Source: Neoechinorhynchus agilis (lineage: Eukaryota > Animalia > Acanthocephala). Taken from it: DNA of 64,000 nucleotides. Shown here one piece after another: positions 61,790 to 64,000 of the stretch. The notes below the pieces were generated by a model. That model was not told the origin of the DNA and did not search any database. It saw nothing but the letters and a program-made list of their open reading frames with translations. Made by a program: the position numbers and the translations under genes. The DNA lies in the NCBI GenBank assembly GCA_051530055.1, contig CM121341.1, forward strand, positions 2,198,638 to 2,262,637, read 5' to 3'. How positions within the stretch are numbered: the first letter of the stretch is position 1; each line of letters starts with the position of its first letter.

Positions 61790-62430
61790 TATGGCACGCG
61801 AATACTGTGACACCGTCCGGTCTACGGCCATCGATTCGGCAAAAATTGCCCGGCTCTAGGATGTTGGGCGCATTCACAGTATTCAGGGCACGACTAAGAG
61901 AATTGCGTTCACTTCGGCGTGTCGTGAGTACCTTCCGCCTGATTGCCGTACCCCAAGTCTCAGGGACACTGCAATCCTTACTGTCTCGTCGGAGAGAGGA
62001 GTACCCACGAAAAACGATTGGGATCACGTTGAGCCAAGCAAGCACCCGATTCTCTTGTAGAGACTGCCGGCAATCGAGATCGGTTCACCAGATCACAAGA
62101 ATCTGAAATTAAAGAGTTATGAATTCTCGCTACGAGGGGTGAATCCCAAACTGATTGTTTGCAACCATTGACGGGTACCTGCTTGCTGCCTGAATCTCCA
62201 CACCAACGATTAAGCGCCTCCACGAAATCTCCATCCGAAGTCTAATTCTCGCCAAGAACGGATTTAACTACTTTGCGGCTCTGAGAGATATCGGCTGCTT
62301 TTCGGATACTCAAACCGCCGGACGACACAGGCAAGGATCCTTGACGCCAGGTATCGTCCGATAGCTGAGTATTTAAATATTCTCGAGCCAGGCTGCAACC
62401 GTTTCGTCTAATTGTTCCATCTTATCTTCG
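61790..62430 (-). mobile_element. Degenerate CRE-clade LINE fragment
   Basis: VPVNGCKQSVWDSPLVAR..RSRLPAVSTRESGA and ALNTVNAPNILEPG..IDGRRPDGVTVF are homologous to the 9700-10600 copy. Confidence 0.8.
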
Positions 62431-64000
62431 TGTCTAAAAAAGTGCTGATCACAGCTTATACACTAATTTTGAAATGACGAGAGTGTTCTTGATCAGGAAC
62501 AGAGCCTCGTGTAAGGATAATTCATCAACTCGTTCGCACAGCACCGAAAGTTGGGTTGAAGATTAGCAAATCGATCTAGCTCAAAATGAAAGCGAACTCG
62601 AGATATTAGTCTGATTCGAATTAGGTGCTTTTTTGAAAGCAATCTAAAAATACGACAAAAATTATAAAATTTATTCAAATGACCTTGATCGATCGAGTAT
62701 GATCAAAAGCAATAACTTTTAACTTGCTGTTCGTCGGTCGTTTTTTGAAAGCGCAAATTAGAAAATCATTTTTTCGGCGATGACCAAATGTGAAATATAA
62801 GCTTAAAATTCAAATGTAAATGAAGTTAACAAGGCTGAGCCACACATACGCCAAAAACTAAATATTGTTGATTTTGAAATACAAACAAGTTTACAAATAG
62901 ATAAAAACTGTTTATCATCAACAAATAACGCTTCCTCTTCTTTGCTTTACACTCACCATTTTCTCGCCTACCGAAGGAAGTTATAATATCGATAATGGGG
63001 AATATTTTTAACAACGTTCGTCCAATGGTTCAATCAACGATTAATAACAAAGGAAAATCGAGAGCTTTCGATAACCTACAGAAAAATGGTTTCTATCTAT
63101 CCCGCATCCCAGTTCACCCAAGACAAATATTAAAATACATTGAAGGGAAAAAGAAAATAAAAGGAGAATGAAAGGATAATTCAGAATAATAATTTACGGA
63201 TAGAAAAAAGCATTAAATAAATATATTTATTGTCTAAAAATTAATCTTCTAAATGAGTGCAACCTCACCCAAATTATGAGAAAGTAGAATACAATATCGA
63301 CAATATATATTTACCTTTTTTCATCTATTGCACAATACGGAGAGAATTTGTTTGAAGAATAAAACTGAATTTTACGATGAGTTTCTTATTTAGATACGAA
63401 CATGCAATTATGCTCGAAGAAACTATCGTATAAAATTTTGTTTATTTGAGTTTCTTTGGCGTTTTAAAAACAGGGATTTTTTGTATTATATACAACAGAT
63501 GAAGCTTAATTTCGATGGCACCTTGACGCTTAAAGATAAAAAATATATATTGTTACCAATTTACTAATTTTAGAATGCCGCTTTAGCCAATTGTATTTCG
63601 TTTCATGAAACGCTCCTTGAAAATATGCTCTGAAAGTTCAACCATTAACTTTATATAAAATGGTTTAAAAATCCACATGCTGAGCAGAATCAAATCAAGA
63701 AAAATTTAAAGCGCACTCTCATTATTTAAGTAAATTCTCGCTGCAAAAAATAAAACTGAACAAAATGGATATTGTATTTGCACTCAAACAATTTTAGAAA
63801 CCCATTAGAGTATCTAATTTAGTACTAAAAAGTTTAAATTCCAAAAATCCATACACAAAGGTGACAAAGTAAAATGAGCTTACGATGGAGAGCCTCAAAG
63901 GGTTATTTAAGCATTAAAAATGGTGTAAATTTTAAGAAAACATCCTGAACTGTCACGTCATTAGTAAAAATACACTTTTATTAATTTCTTTAAATGAAAA

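Overview
AT-rich nuclear DNA from an animal with a compact genome. SoxB, FERM, claudin-like and fibrinogen-domain genes indicate a metazoan; the species cannot be determined from the sequence. Recognisable genes are a claudin-like tetraspan, a P4-ATPase flippase (ATP9 type), RBBP4/7, RPS27, acid sphingomyelinase, SoxB, an EPB41L4/5-like FERM protein and a fibrinogen-related protein. There are also a long coiled-coil gene, an inverted pair of secreted acidic-repeat genes and several orphan ORFs. Intergenic DNA contains CRE, RTE, Penelope, other LINE and Gypsy fragments, tRNA-derived SINE-like units, long palindromes and four tandem arrays. The main result is two intron classes. Most introns are small (about 39-58 nt) and canonical. 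Four larger interruptions (291-704 nt) in ATP9 (two), RBBP4 and the FERM gene cannot be removed precisely by GT-AG splicing. They share no evident sequence, yet each has inverted repeats that pair its two ends a few nt from the homology-defined junctions. This suggests structure-defined non-canonical introns or DNA-level excised elements; neither is proven without RNA data. A second theme is ribozyme motifs: minimal hammerheads lie in a Penelope fragment and in young palindromic insertions, and a twister remnant lies in the RTE 5' UTR. All alignments and folds were done by eye.
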